From an uncultured Candidatus Saccharibacteria bacterium (GTDB lineage: Bacteria > Patescibacteriota > Saccharimonadia > Saccharimonadales > UBA10212): 64,000 nucleotides of DNA. Position 1 is the first letter of the stretch; each line of letters begins with the position of its first letter. Positions 8,308 to 15,740 of the stretch are shown here, piece after piece. The DNA lies in the NCBI GenBank assembly GCA_965231085.1, contig OZ246413.1, positions 91,991 through 155,990 of the forward strand, written 5' to 3'. The position numbers and the translations under genes were made by a program. The notes below the pieces were generated by a model that worked only from the letters and a program-made list of their open reading frames with translations, searched no databases and was not told where the DNA came from.

Positions 8308-8937
8308 GTGGAAGTTCAGTTTTTTGGTGCCAATTGTATTAAGATAAACAGCAAAAAATTTAGTGTTGTTATCGACGACAACCTGTTAAAACTGGGCTTA
8401 AAGCCGATTACAAAAAAGGACGACATTAGCCTAAGGACCTCACAAGAATTAATCCCGGCTCCAGGCGAGGTGAAGTTTAGCGCAGATATGCCAGGCGAAT
8501 ACGAGATATCAGGGGCGATCATCCACGGCGTTGCAGCGCGGTCTCACATGGACGAAGAAGGTAAATCCTCAGCGACCATCTACACCATAGAAGCTGAGGA
8601 TACTAAAATTGCGGTAATAGGCCACATATATCCTGAACTTAGCGAGGAGCAGCTTGAGAGTATCGGTATGGTGGACGCGGCAATAGTCCCAGTTGGCGGT
8701 AATGGGTACACCCTCGACGGAGCAGGAGCTCTCAAGGTTATAAAGAAGATCGAGCCAAAAATTGTTATTCCAACTCATTTTGCCGACAAAGCTATAAACT
8801 ACGAAGTTCCACAGGCTGCACTAACAGATGCTCTAAAGGGTTTAGCCATGGAGCCGAGCGAAACAGTAGCTAAGCTCAAAGTAGCCCCGACGGAACTATC
8901 CGATAGCACCAAGCTAATTGTTTTAGAGAGGCAATAG
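8308..8937 (+). CDS. MBL-fold (UlaG/Lactamase_B_3-like) protein, apparently lacking the His motif
   Basis: GTG start 8 nt after aaggag. VQFFGANCIKI...VVIDD and VPVGGNGYTLDGAGA...PKIVIPTHF parallel the UPF0173-type hydrolase layout. Confidence 0.5.
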   Translation: MEVQFFGANCIKINSKKFSVVIDDNLLKLGLKPITKKDDISLRTSQELIPAPGEVKFSADMPGEYEISGAIIHGVAARSHMDEEGKSSATIYTIEAEDTKIAVIGHIYPELSEEQLESIGMVDAAIVPVGGNGYTLDGAGALKVIKKIEPKIVIPTHFADKAINYEVPQAALTDALKGLAMEPSETVAKLKVAPTELSDSTKLIVLERQ

Positions 8938-8949
8938 CCAGAGCGGACC

Positions 8950-8977
8950 AAAAAATAACCCCGGACTTTCGGGGTTA
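8950..8977 (-). terminator. Intrinsic terminator of rpmB
   Basis: Stem taacccc/ggggtta. A T-run follows on the minus strand. Confidence 0.6.
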
Positions 8978-9005
8978 CTCAGCTTATATCAAATAATCGG
9001 TTAAA

Positions 9006-9194
9006 TTAAAGAAGGCCTTTTTTCTTAAGACCACGAATGGCTTGGGTGCTAATTTTCATTCGAACCTTTTTGCCATCAATCGTTAATGTTTTGGTTTGCA
9101 GGTTTGGCTTCCACACTTTCTTAGTGTGGCGCATAGAAAAACTAACGTTATTACCGTATTGTTTGCCTTTTCCAGTTATTTCACATTTTTGCAT
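9006..9194 (-). CDS. rpmB: 50S ribosomal protein L28
   Basis: 62 aa. MQKCEITGKGKQYGNNVSFSMRHTKKVWKPNLQ is the L28 signature. Confidence 0.9.
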   Translation of the reverse strand: MQKCEITGKGKQYGNNVSFSMRHTKKVWKPNLQTKTLTIDGKKVRMKISTQAIRGLKKKGLL

Positions 9195-9281
9195 GACTAG
9201 TTCCTGTAAGTTTCAAGGTCTAATTCTACTGTCTTTAACAGATAAAGTCAACCGTATAAGAGCTCATGTATACTACTAGTT

Positions 9282-9929
9282 ATGAGCACTACACTTCAGC
9301 TTGCATTAATTTTGATCCCAATTTTACTCATCTCCATGTCTCTGCACGAAATGGTCCATGCCTATGTCAGTAATTGGCTAGGTGACGATACTGCAAGACT
9401 GATGGGTAGGGTATCAATCAATCCATTGGCCCACATGGATCCTTTTCTAACATTGGCCCTACCTTTATTATTGCTCTTAGCCAACAGCCCAGTGCTATTT
9501 GGGGCCGCCAAGCCGGTTCAGGTTAACTTTAATAGACTCAAATATGAAGAATTTGGTGGTGCAATCGTTGGGATGTCTGGCCCTTTAACTAATCTACTAA
9601 TTGCGATGGTCTTTGCGGCAATTTTTAATGTCATAGACCCAGCATATGGAACTGCGATATACCGAATTTTCCAGATAACGATCACCCTTAATGTCGGTTT
9701 ATTTGTCTTCAATAGCATTCCTTGGCCGCCCCTAGACGGGTCACGCCTGCTTTACGCTTTTGCGCCCAAAGGCTTACAAGAGCTAATGACTTCCATCGAG
9801 GCTTTAGGAGTAACCAGCATTCTACTACTATTTTTCATTTTTTACGCCGTTGGAGGACCAATTACTAATATTATGACAAACCTGATTCATTATCTTGCCC
9901 CAGGTCTGGTGATTTCTCTGGGTGTATAA
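9282..9929 (+). CDS. Site-2 protease family (M50) membrane metalloprotease
   Basis: HEMVHA zinc motif followed by GRVSINPLAHMDPF. The protein is multi-pass hydrophobic. Confidence 0.8.
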   Translation: MSTTLQLALILIPILLISMSLHEMVHAYVSNWLGDDTARLMGRVSINPLAHMDPFLTLALPLLLLLANSPVLFGAAKPVQVNFNRLKYEEFGGAIVGMSGPLTNLLIAMVFAAIFNVIDPAYGTAIYRIFQITITLNVGLFVFNSIPWPPLDGSRLLYAFAPKGLQELMTSIEALGVTSILLLFFIFYAVGGPITNIMTNLIHYLAPGLVISLGV

Positions 9930-10072
9930 TAAAAGCGGTCGGGAATAGCGTAATAAATTTTCTGAATATTAGAAAATCGGGAGCCCAATATTCGCCTCGA
10001 GCCGTGGCTTGAGCGTGAGAGCACCCACTTTGCATACCGCAGAGTAAATTTAGCGCTAAACCCGGCTCAAGT

Positions 10073-10101
10073 AAAAAGTCCTGACAAGTCCAGGACTTTT
10101 T
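10073..10101. terminator. Bidirectional hairpin next to the tRNA-Pro 3' end
   Basis: aaaaagtcctg-acaagtc-caggacttttt, with A/T runs on both sides. Confidence 0.6.
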
Positions 10102-10104
10102 ACT

Positions 10105-10180
10105 TGGTCGGGGTGACAGGACTTGAACCTGCGACCTCACGGCCCCCAGCCGTACGCGCTACCAGCTGCGCTACACCCCG
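10105..10180 (-). tRNA. tRNA-Pro (anticodon GGG), CCA encoded
   Basis: The reverse complement reads cggggtg-ta-gcgc...tacgg-ctGGGgg-ccgtg...gcagg-ttcaagt-cctgt-caccccg-a-cca. Confidence 0.92.
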
Positions 10181-10221
10181 ATAATTCTTCAGTTATCGCC
10201 TAAGTATTATAAGATAGAGAG

Positions 10222-11004
10222 ATGAAATCTCTAAAATTTGATCATAAACAAGCTACTCTTGTGAAGAGAGGTGAAAAGACAGCCACGTGGCGCGTTTTTG
10301 ACGATAAGGATCTGCGAGTTAACGATATTGTGTCTATTATTGACAAAGTTGACCCAGAAAAGCCCGAGACTTGGGTATCAATAGGGACGGCCACCATTAC
10401 TCAGGTCTTAGAGAAAAACCTAGAAAACGTTACTGAGCAGGATATGGTTGGTTACGGAGAATATAAAACAGAAAAAGAAATGATCAACACGTTTAGAAAG
10501 TACTACGGTAATTCGGTGAGTGGTTCTACTCCAGTAAAAATCATTTATTTTGACTTTGAGGCCGCTAAGCCCACCCAAGCTACCAATATAAGTCTGACTG
10601 ACGCCAAAATCTTTACCGACGGCGGCTCTCGTGGCAATCCTGGGCCTTCGGCCTGCGCTTATGTAATCTGTAATATGGACGATACTGTTGTAGAAAAGTC
10701 AGGAACCTATCTAGGCCTTTCTACTAATAACAGGGCCGAATATCAAGGTTTGAGGCAGGGATTGGAGCGAGCTAGGGACCTAGGGATTGAAAAGGTAAGA
10801 ATTTTCATGGACAGTCAGCTAGTTGTCAACCAGGCCAAAGGGCTCTATAAAGTGCGTAACGTAGATCTAATAGCAGTCCATCAAGAAATTTTGGCTTTGG
10901 CTAAATTATTTAAGTCCATTAGCTTCAACTATATTCCACGGGAACTGAACAAGATTGCTGATGCAGAGGTTAACCATATCCTTGATGAGCAAAATAGGGT
11001 ATAA
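10222..11004 (+). CDS. rnhA: ASCH-like N-terminal domain fused to RNase HI
   Basis: The C-terminal half (IFTDGGSRGNPGPSACAYVI...NNRAEYQGL...MDSQLVVNQ) is type 1 RNase H. The N-terminal ~110 aa look like an ASCH/PUA-like beta-barrel. Confidence 0.78.
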   Translation: MKSLKFDHKQATLVKRGEKTATWRVFDDKDLRVNDIVSIIDKVDPEKPETWVSIGTATITQVLEKNLENVTEQDMVGYGEYKTEKEMINTFRKYYGNSVSGSTPVKIIYFDFEAAKPTQATNISLTDAKIFTDGGSRGNPGPSACAYVICNMDDTVVEKSGTYLGLSTNNRAEYQGLRQGLERARDLGIEKVRIFMDSQLVVNQAKGLYKVRNVDLIAVHQEILALAKLFKSISFNYIPRELNKIADAEVNHILDEQNRV

Positions 11005-11013
11005 TATAGCTTG

Positions 11014-11364
11014 TGCCGGCTGATCAGTTGGTCGCCCACGCTGAAAGACGCGTGGGAGGAAAGTCCGGGCAGCATAGGGCATGGCAGTTGCTAACGGCAA
11101 CCGAGAGTAATCTTAGGGAAAGTGCCACAGAAACGACACAACCTATACGGCTGACGCCGTGTAAGGAAATGGTGAAACGAGTGGGGTAAAAGCCCACAGT
11201 TCTCTGCGGTGACGCATGAGAAGAGGTAAACCCTGCCTGCTGCAAGGAGACAGTGATTAAAAGTGACCCGCTAAAACTGTCGATTATCCGCTTGAGCTTA
11301 GTGGCAACATTAAGACTAGATAGATGACCAGCTAAAACAGAACCCGGCTTATGGTCGGCCGGCA
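11014..11364 (+). ncRNA. rnpB: RNase P RNA (bacterial type A)
   Basis: It contains gaggaaagtccgggc (CR-I) and acagaacccggcttat (CR-V). The P1 stem tgccggc...gccggca closes the molecule. Confidence 0.9.
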
Positions 11365-11368
11365 TATA

Positions 11369-11395
11369 AAATAACCCCTGAACAAGGGGTTATTT
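11369..11395. terminator. Bidirectional terminator shared by rnpB and rplT
   Basis: aaataacccct-gaaca-aggggttattt. Confidence 0.7.
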
Positions 11396-11739
11396 TATTT
11401 AACAGATTGTTTTACGATTGCTTCGAAAGCTTTTGGTTCTGAGACGGCAATCTCAGATAACACCTTGCGGTCAATATTGATGTTAGCTTTTTTCATTCCA
11501 GCGATAAGCAGACTGTAGGTTGTCCCGTTAAGTCTAGCGCTAGCATTAATACGTGCGTTCCATAGGGCTCTAAAGGTGCGTTTGCGGTTACGTCGGTCGC
11601 GGTAGGCAAATTGCAGGGAACGAGTCGCAGCCTGCTTGCCGCGCTTTACGCTCGAGCGGTTAGATTTAGTCATGCCTTTAGTGGCTTGGCGAATCTTGTT
11701 GTGTCTTGCGTGAGAAGCTGTTCCTCTTTTAACTCGCAT
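11395..11739 (-). CDS. rplT: 50S ribosomal protein L20
   Basis: MRVKRGTASHARHNKI...AYRDRRNRKRTFRALWNARINA. Confidence 0.95.
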   Translation of the reverse strand: MRVKRGTASHARHNKIRQATKGMTKSNRSSVKRGKQAATRSLQFAYRDRRNRKRTFRALWNARINASARLNGTTYSLLIAGMKKANINIDRKVLSEIAVSEPKAFEAIVKQSVK

Positions 11740-11740
11740 C

Positions 11741-11935
11741 TTAAACTCCTAGCTTTCGGCGGATATTTTTTACTTGTTTGCCTTCAATAACTTCAACACC
11801 AGCAAAACGTCGTTTCCTAGAAGCACTTTTCTTTTGAAGAAAGTGCCCACTAGTAGCGTGACGCCGTAGAAGCTTACCTTTTTTGGTAATGCGTATGCGC
11901 TTCTTTGTGCTGCTATGAGTTTTTAGCTTTGGCAT
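11741..11935 (-). CDS. rpmI: 50S ribosomal protein L35
   Basis: 64 aa, MPKLKTHSSTKKRIRITKKGKLLRRHA. Confidence 0.9.
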   Translation of the reverse strand: MPKLKTHSSTKKRIRITKKGKLLRRHATSGHFLQKKSASRKRRFAGVEVIEGKQVKNIRRKLGV

Positions 11936-12443
11936 TATTGTTCATCCTTATAACAAAACTTAATTGTCTACCGGCAAATTGTGGCTCTTGGTCAACAATT
12001 ATGTGCTCACCAAGCTCAGCTACAATTCTGTCGGCTAACTTGAAGCCCAACTCTTTGTGGGCTAATTCTCGTCCCCGATAGATTACAGCAATTTTCACTT
12101 TATGTCCAGTCTCTAAAAATCCAGTCACTTTGCGAAGCTTCACGTTGAGGTCATTGTCGCCTATCTTAAGCCCGACTCGCATTTGCTTCATATCAAGGGT
12201 TTTTGAATTCCTTCGACTCTTTTGAAGCTGCTTGGTTCGTTGATAATTATACTTACCCCAATCGACAATTTTGGCTACTGGCGGTGACGCCTCAGGGGAA
12301 ACCTCAACTAGATCCAGCTCAGCTTCCTGAGCGGCCTGCAAAGCTGCCGATCGACTTAATACCCCAAGCTGTCTGCCATCGGCACCGATCACCCTTAGCT
12401 CGCTGGCTCTGATTGCTTGGTTGACGTTCGGATCTTTGCTAAT
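11913..12443 (-). CDS. infC: Translation initiation factor IF-3, with a probable AUU start
   Basis: The track ORF begins at an internal GTG (12392). The frame continues upstream as ISKDPNVNQAIRASELR, beginning at ATT (12443..12441) 9 nt after aaggag (12453..12458, complement). Confidence 0.88.
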   Translation of the reverse strand: MSKDPNVNQAIRASELRVIGADGRQLGVLSRSAALQAAQEAELDLVEVSPEASPPVAKIVDWGKYNYQRTKQLQKSRRNSKTLDMKQMRVGLKIGDNDLNVKLRKVTGFLETGHKVKIAVIYRGRELAHKELGFKLADRIVAELGEHIIVDQEPQFAGRQLSFVIRMNNNAKAKNS

Positions 12444-12501
12444 TTCTTTATGCTCCTTAACTAATAATGTGTTGCTAATATATCAAAACAGGGGCCATTT
12501 C

Positions 12502-14022
12502 TCAAGTAATGCTCACTTGTTTTCTATATTGAAGCGCCTCAGCTGTATGTTTAGGTAGTATATTTATCTCATCATCTAAATCAGCTATTGTTCTTGCGAC
12601 TTTCACGGATCGAACGTAAGCTCTAGCTGAGAGTCCTAGTTTTCGAGAGGCCGTATCGAGAAGTTCTTTGGCCTCATTTGTTAGATTAGCTAGCTCCCTT
12701 ATCTCGGCATTATTCATAGATGAGTTAAAGCGGCTCTTACCAAATCGTTTAGCCTGAACAGCATATGCGGTGGCAACTCTTTGCTTTATTGGCTGGGACT
12801 CCTTTTTTCTAGGTTCATTGCCAAGTATTTTTGAGTGATCGATATCGTTAACAGCTAAATGAAGATCAATTCTATCTAAAATTGGGCCCGATATCTTCTT
12901 TTCATATCTGGCAATGTTAGCCGCTGAACAAGAGCAGGGCTTAGAGGTTCCATAATAACCGCAGGGGCATGGATTTTGTGTAGCAATGAGTATAAATTCG
13001 GCTGGATAGGTTGCTCTGTCTTTAACTCTTGATATGGTTACAGCTCCATCTTCCAAAGGTTGCCTAAGAGCTTCTAAGGCCGAGTGGGCAAACTCTGGCA
13101 GCTCATCTAGGAAGAGCACCCCTCTATGAGCCAGTGTGGCCTCACCGGGCTTAGGATTGGTGCCGCCACCAACCAGAGCGATGGTACTAGCGGTGTGATG
13201 CGGAGATCTAAATGGTCTTGCCCAGACAATATCACTGATATTGCTAGAACCTAGGCTATGAAGTTGCGTGACCTCAAGAACCTCCTCGTAACTTAAATCT
13301 GGCAATATTCCGCAAACAGCCTTTGCGAGCATGGTCTTACCCGTGCCAGGCGGTCCATACAGAAGAATGTTATGGTGCCCAGCAGCAGCGATCTCAAGAG
13401 CTCTTTTTGCAACCGGTTGATCCGATATCTCAGAAAAATCAACAATTTTATTATCCTGGGGCTGTCTTTTTGGTCTCGAGCTGAGGTTTATTTTTGGTTT
13501 AATTTCCATAACATCGGTTAGATCAAGGTAAACGTCACGAAGAGCACTAACTGGCTTCACTATTATGTCCGGCACTAGGAGTGCCTGCTCCTCGCTTTTT
13601 AGAGGTATGTAGAAGGTTCTATAGCCTAGTTTTTTGGCAGCCAAGATTCTGCCGATAATACCCCTAACAGGGTTGAGTGAGCCGTCTAGGCTAAGTTCGC
13701 CCAGGAACATTGTTCCGGAAATCTTATCTTCATTAATCTGTTTTGTTTTAAGAAGCAGGGCAACCGCCATGGCAAGATCCAGGCTAGTTGAATCTTTTGG
13801 TATATCGGCGGGTGATAAATTAATGACCACTCTCTTTTTAGGAAAAACCAGATTGGAATTTGCAAAGCTAGCTCTGAGCCTTTCTTTTGCCTCGTCAACG
13901 CTCTTTGAAGCATGGCCAATAACCAGTATGGAGGGCAGACCATTAGAGATATGGCATTCGATTTCTACAAGGGTTGGGTTTGTTCCAGAGACATCCACTA
14001 TGCTTTTTACAGCGCTTGTCAT
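12502..14022 (-). CDS. comM: YifB/ComM family Mg-chelatase-like AAA+ ATPase
   Basis: 506 aa with an N-terminal Lon-like domain, Walker A GPPGTGKT and a C-terminal ChlI-like region. Confidence 0.85.
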   Translation of the reverse strand: MTSAVKSIVDVSGTNPTLVEIECHISNGLPSILVIGHASKSVDEAKERLRASFANSNLVFPKKRVVINLSPADIPKDSTSLDLAMAVALLLKTKQINEDKISGTMFLGELSLDGSLNPVRGIIGRILAAKKLGYRTFYIPLKSEEQALLVPDIIVKPVSALRDVYLDLTDVMEIKPKINLSSRPKRQPQDNKIVDFSEISDQPVAKRALEIAAAGHHNILLYGPPGTGKTMLAKAVCGILPDLSYEEVLEVTQLHSLGSSNISDIVWARPFRSPHHTASTIALVGGGTNPKPGEATLAHRGVLFLDELPEFAHSALEALRQPLEDGAVTISRVKDRATYPAEFILIATQNPCPCGYYGTSKPCSCSAANIARYEKKISGPILDRIDLHLAVNDIDHSKILGNEPRKKESQPIKQRVATAYAVQAKRFGKSRFNSSMNNAEIRELANLTNEAKELLDTASRKLGLSARAYVRSVKVARTIADLDDEINILPKHTAEALQYRKQVSIT

Positions 14023-14054
14023 TACTCATAAATAATAAATCTAATTTATATAAA

Positions 14055-14175
14055 AATCACCCAACTATTTTTGAGCTGGGTGATTATTTGGGGAGGTTTG
14101 TTAGTTTGTTTTTATTTGTTCCTGGATGGAACAACGGCTTGCGAGAAGCCGTTGTTTCTAATCTGTTTTTGTTTT
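14055..14175 (+). ncRNA. Candidate small RNA: two strong hairpins and a U-rich tail
   Basis: Hairpin 1 is aatcaccca/tgggtgatt (14055..14085). Hairpin 2 has a 12-13 bp stem gaacaacggctt/aagccgttgttt (14128..14158) followed by T-rich sequence. There is no upstream + strand gene to terminate. The family is unknown. Confidence 0.25.
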
Positions 14176-14934
14176 TGAGCACTTTTTTTATTCAAGTGCT
14201 AACATCATCTTATAAACACTACTTTTTGGTGTCAACACGATTATGGCTAAAAGCTGTGTATAACTTAGCGCTTTGCGATTGCTTAGGTGAAGAGCTTATT
14301 GATAAAACTCATACAGCACGGGCTGCCTAAGCTCCAAGCAGCCCATAACTATCCATAAATTTGAGTCGAACCTCTAATAGTTATAAGCGGCAACCACTGC
14401 ATGGTTGAGACTTAATCATGCCACCATCAAGTTCGTTGGCAGCAAATCACGTCTATAGAGCGATTAAGCAAAATTTGTTGGCCAATGGAAGCTTCACGAT
14501 ATTGCTGGTGGTGCCAAGTCGAGACAATAAAGGCGCTCGCTCACAGAATTACAAAACCCCAAAAAATTATATTTGTTACTCAGCCACATGATGCTGGAAT
14601 AATTTCATAATTATTATAAAATCACTAAAAATACAGCAAATGTAATCACTACAACAGACTAGAAAATACAATAATACAACACCTATTTAATTTTATTAAC
14701 AGAGTATTGTTGTGCAAAATTAAGCACAAGAGGATTGACCTAGAGGGTCGTTTATGCTAGTCTTGATGATGTAAGGAAAAAACAAAAACTTACAATACAG
14801 CGTCGTCGGGGGAGGGGCGCATGGATAACGCTCTCTACTATAGGGAGCGGTCAGTCAAAGCCGAGAATACGGTAAGCGCTAAATAGTAATTACTTAAGGA
14901 GCGCATTTACCGTCTCGGCTCAAAGTTCTATAAT

Positions 14935-15285
14935 GTGCTAATGGTTCTTAATAGTCTCGGCTCAAAAAAGTTACCAGCCATTACCATGGCTGGTAGTTTT
15001 ATTGGTCTGATACTGCTTGTTTGCTACACAAACCCTTTGAAAAATATTGGTGCAATTTTTGCATTCTTTTTTTTATTGTTTACGTTTTTAGTTAGTTTTG
15101 GGTACATTCTGTTCGGTAGATCAGCCAGGCTGAGTCGAAGAGCAAAATCTAGGCTTGTAGTTACGTGTTTATTCCTGGTTCTCTGCTTAATGTTTAGCAG
15201 CACACACTCCCTAGCCGTTACCGATATACTAATTTTGCTTCTAACTGCGGCCGGCGTTCTTTTTTACCTTGGTCGTCGAAAATAA
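14935..15285 (+). CDS. Small multi-pass membrane protein, function unknown
   Basis: 116 aa with about four hydrophobic helices. The start is either GTG 14935 or ATG 14941. Confidence 0.45.
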   Translation: MLMVLNSLGSKKLPAITMAGSFIGLILLVCYTNPLKNIGAIFAFFFLLFTFLVSFGYILFGRSARLSRRAKSRLVVTCLFLVLCLMFSSTHSLAVTDILILLLTAAGVLFYLGRRK

Positions 15286-15335
15286 TAATCATTATCGCTA
15301 TTGGATACCTAGAGCCCTAAAGTATAATAATAAAC

Positions 15336-15740
15336 ATGAATCCTAACAGAGGAGAAAACCTACAGGTAAGTGTTCCTGCTGAATTACCGGCTGGCGCCGA
15401 GGTGGTCGATGGGGCAAAAAATGAAACACACTCTGTTACTCCAGAAAGCGCACCCTCTAAGCAAACGACAGCGCCATCCTTGCCAACTATTCCAACAGAT
15501 ATGCCGGTATCCCAAGCTCCTGTTATCCCTAGCGATGACAGTCAGGCTAGTGCGAGCGATGATCAGATTAATGCGGACAACCCCGACAGAATCGAGCGAC
15601 AATGGATAGATAAAGCAAAAGAGATTGTCTCCCAAACAAAGGACGATCCCTACAAGCAAAAGTCCGAAATGAGTAAGATCAAGGCTGAGTATATAAAAAC
15701 AAGATTTAATAAGGTCTTAAAGACAGAGTCAGAAGCATGA
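15336..15740 (+). CDS. Small acidic P/S/A-rich protein with a conserved-looking helical C-terminus, function unknown
   Basis: 134 aa. Its stop overlaps the next start (ATGA at 15737..15740), which suggests translational coupling with the ATPase. Confidence 0.5.
   Translation: MNPNRGENLQVSVPAELPAGAEVVDGAKNETHSVTPESAPSKQTTAPSLPTIPTDMPVSQAPVIPSDDSQASASDDQINADNPDRIERQWIDKAKEIVSQTKDDPYKQKSEMSKIKAEYIKTRFNKVLKTESEA

Noticed and set aside
13974-14330. The 118-aa + strand ORF that overlaps the comM start.
   Set aside because: The first 50 nt are antisense to comM. The translation is T-rich and low in complexity and runs across strong hairpins. At most, the 3' part (TTG 14106) might be a small membrane protein, as noted under the 0.9 kb region finding.
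14023-14934. tmRNA (ssrA) in the long non-coding region. The cues were an ORF ending ...ARAA-stop with the stop codon in a hairpin loop (14322..14346) and a T-loop-like gaggttcgactc on the minus strand (14364..14375).
   Set aside because: On neither strand could I build a tRNA-like domain: there is no acceptor stem ending in CCA, no ggattcgac-type 5' element and no closed T-arm. The resemblance is probably coincidental. An Infernal scan would settle it.
14800-14934. A fluoride (crcB) or other riboswitch upstream of the small membrane protein.
   Set aside because: The sequence gggaggggcgcatggataacgctc... does not fit the crcB-motif pseudoknot consensus as I remember it. The downstream protein also lacks CrcB motifs.
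14929-14941. Leaderless mRNAs suggested by TATAAT hexamers 6-7 nt before the starts at 14941 and, on the minus strand, 26235.
   Set aside because: Single hexamers in AT-rich DNA, without convincing -35 elements, are not enough evidence. 5' end mapping would be needed.
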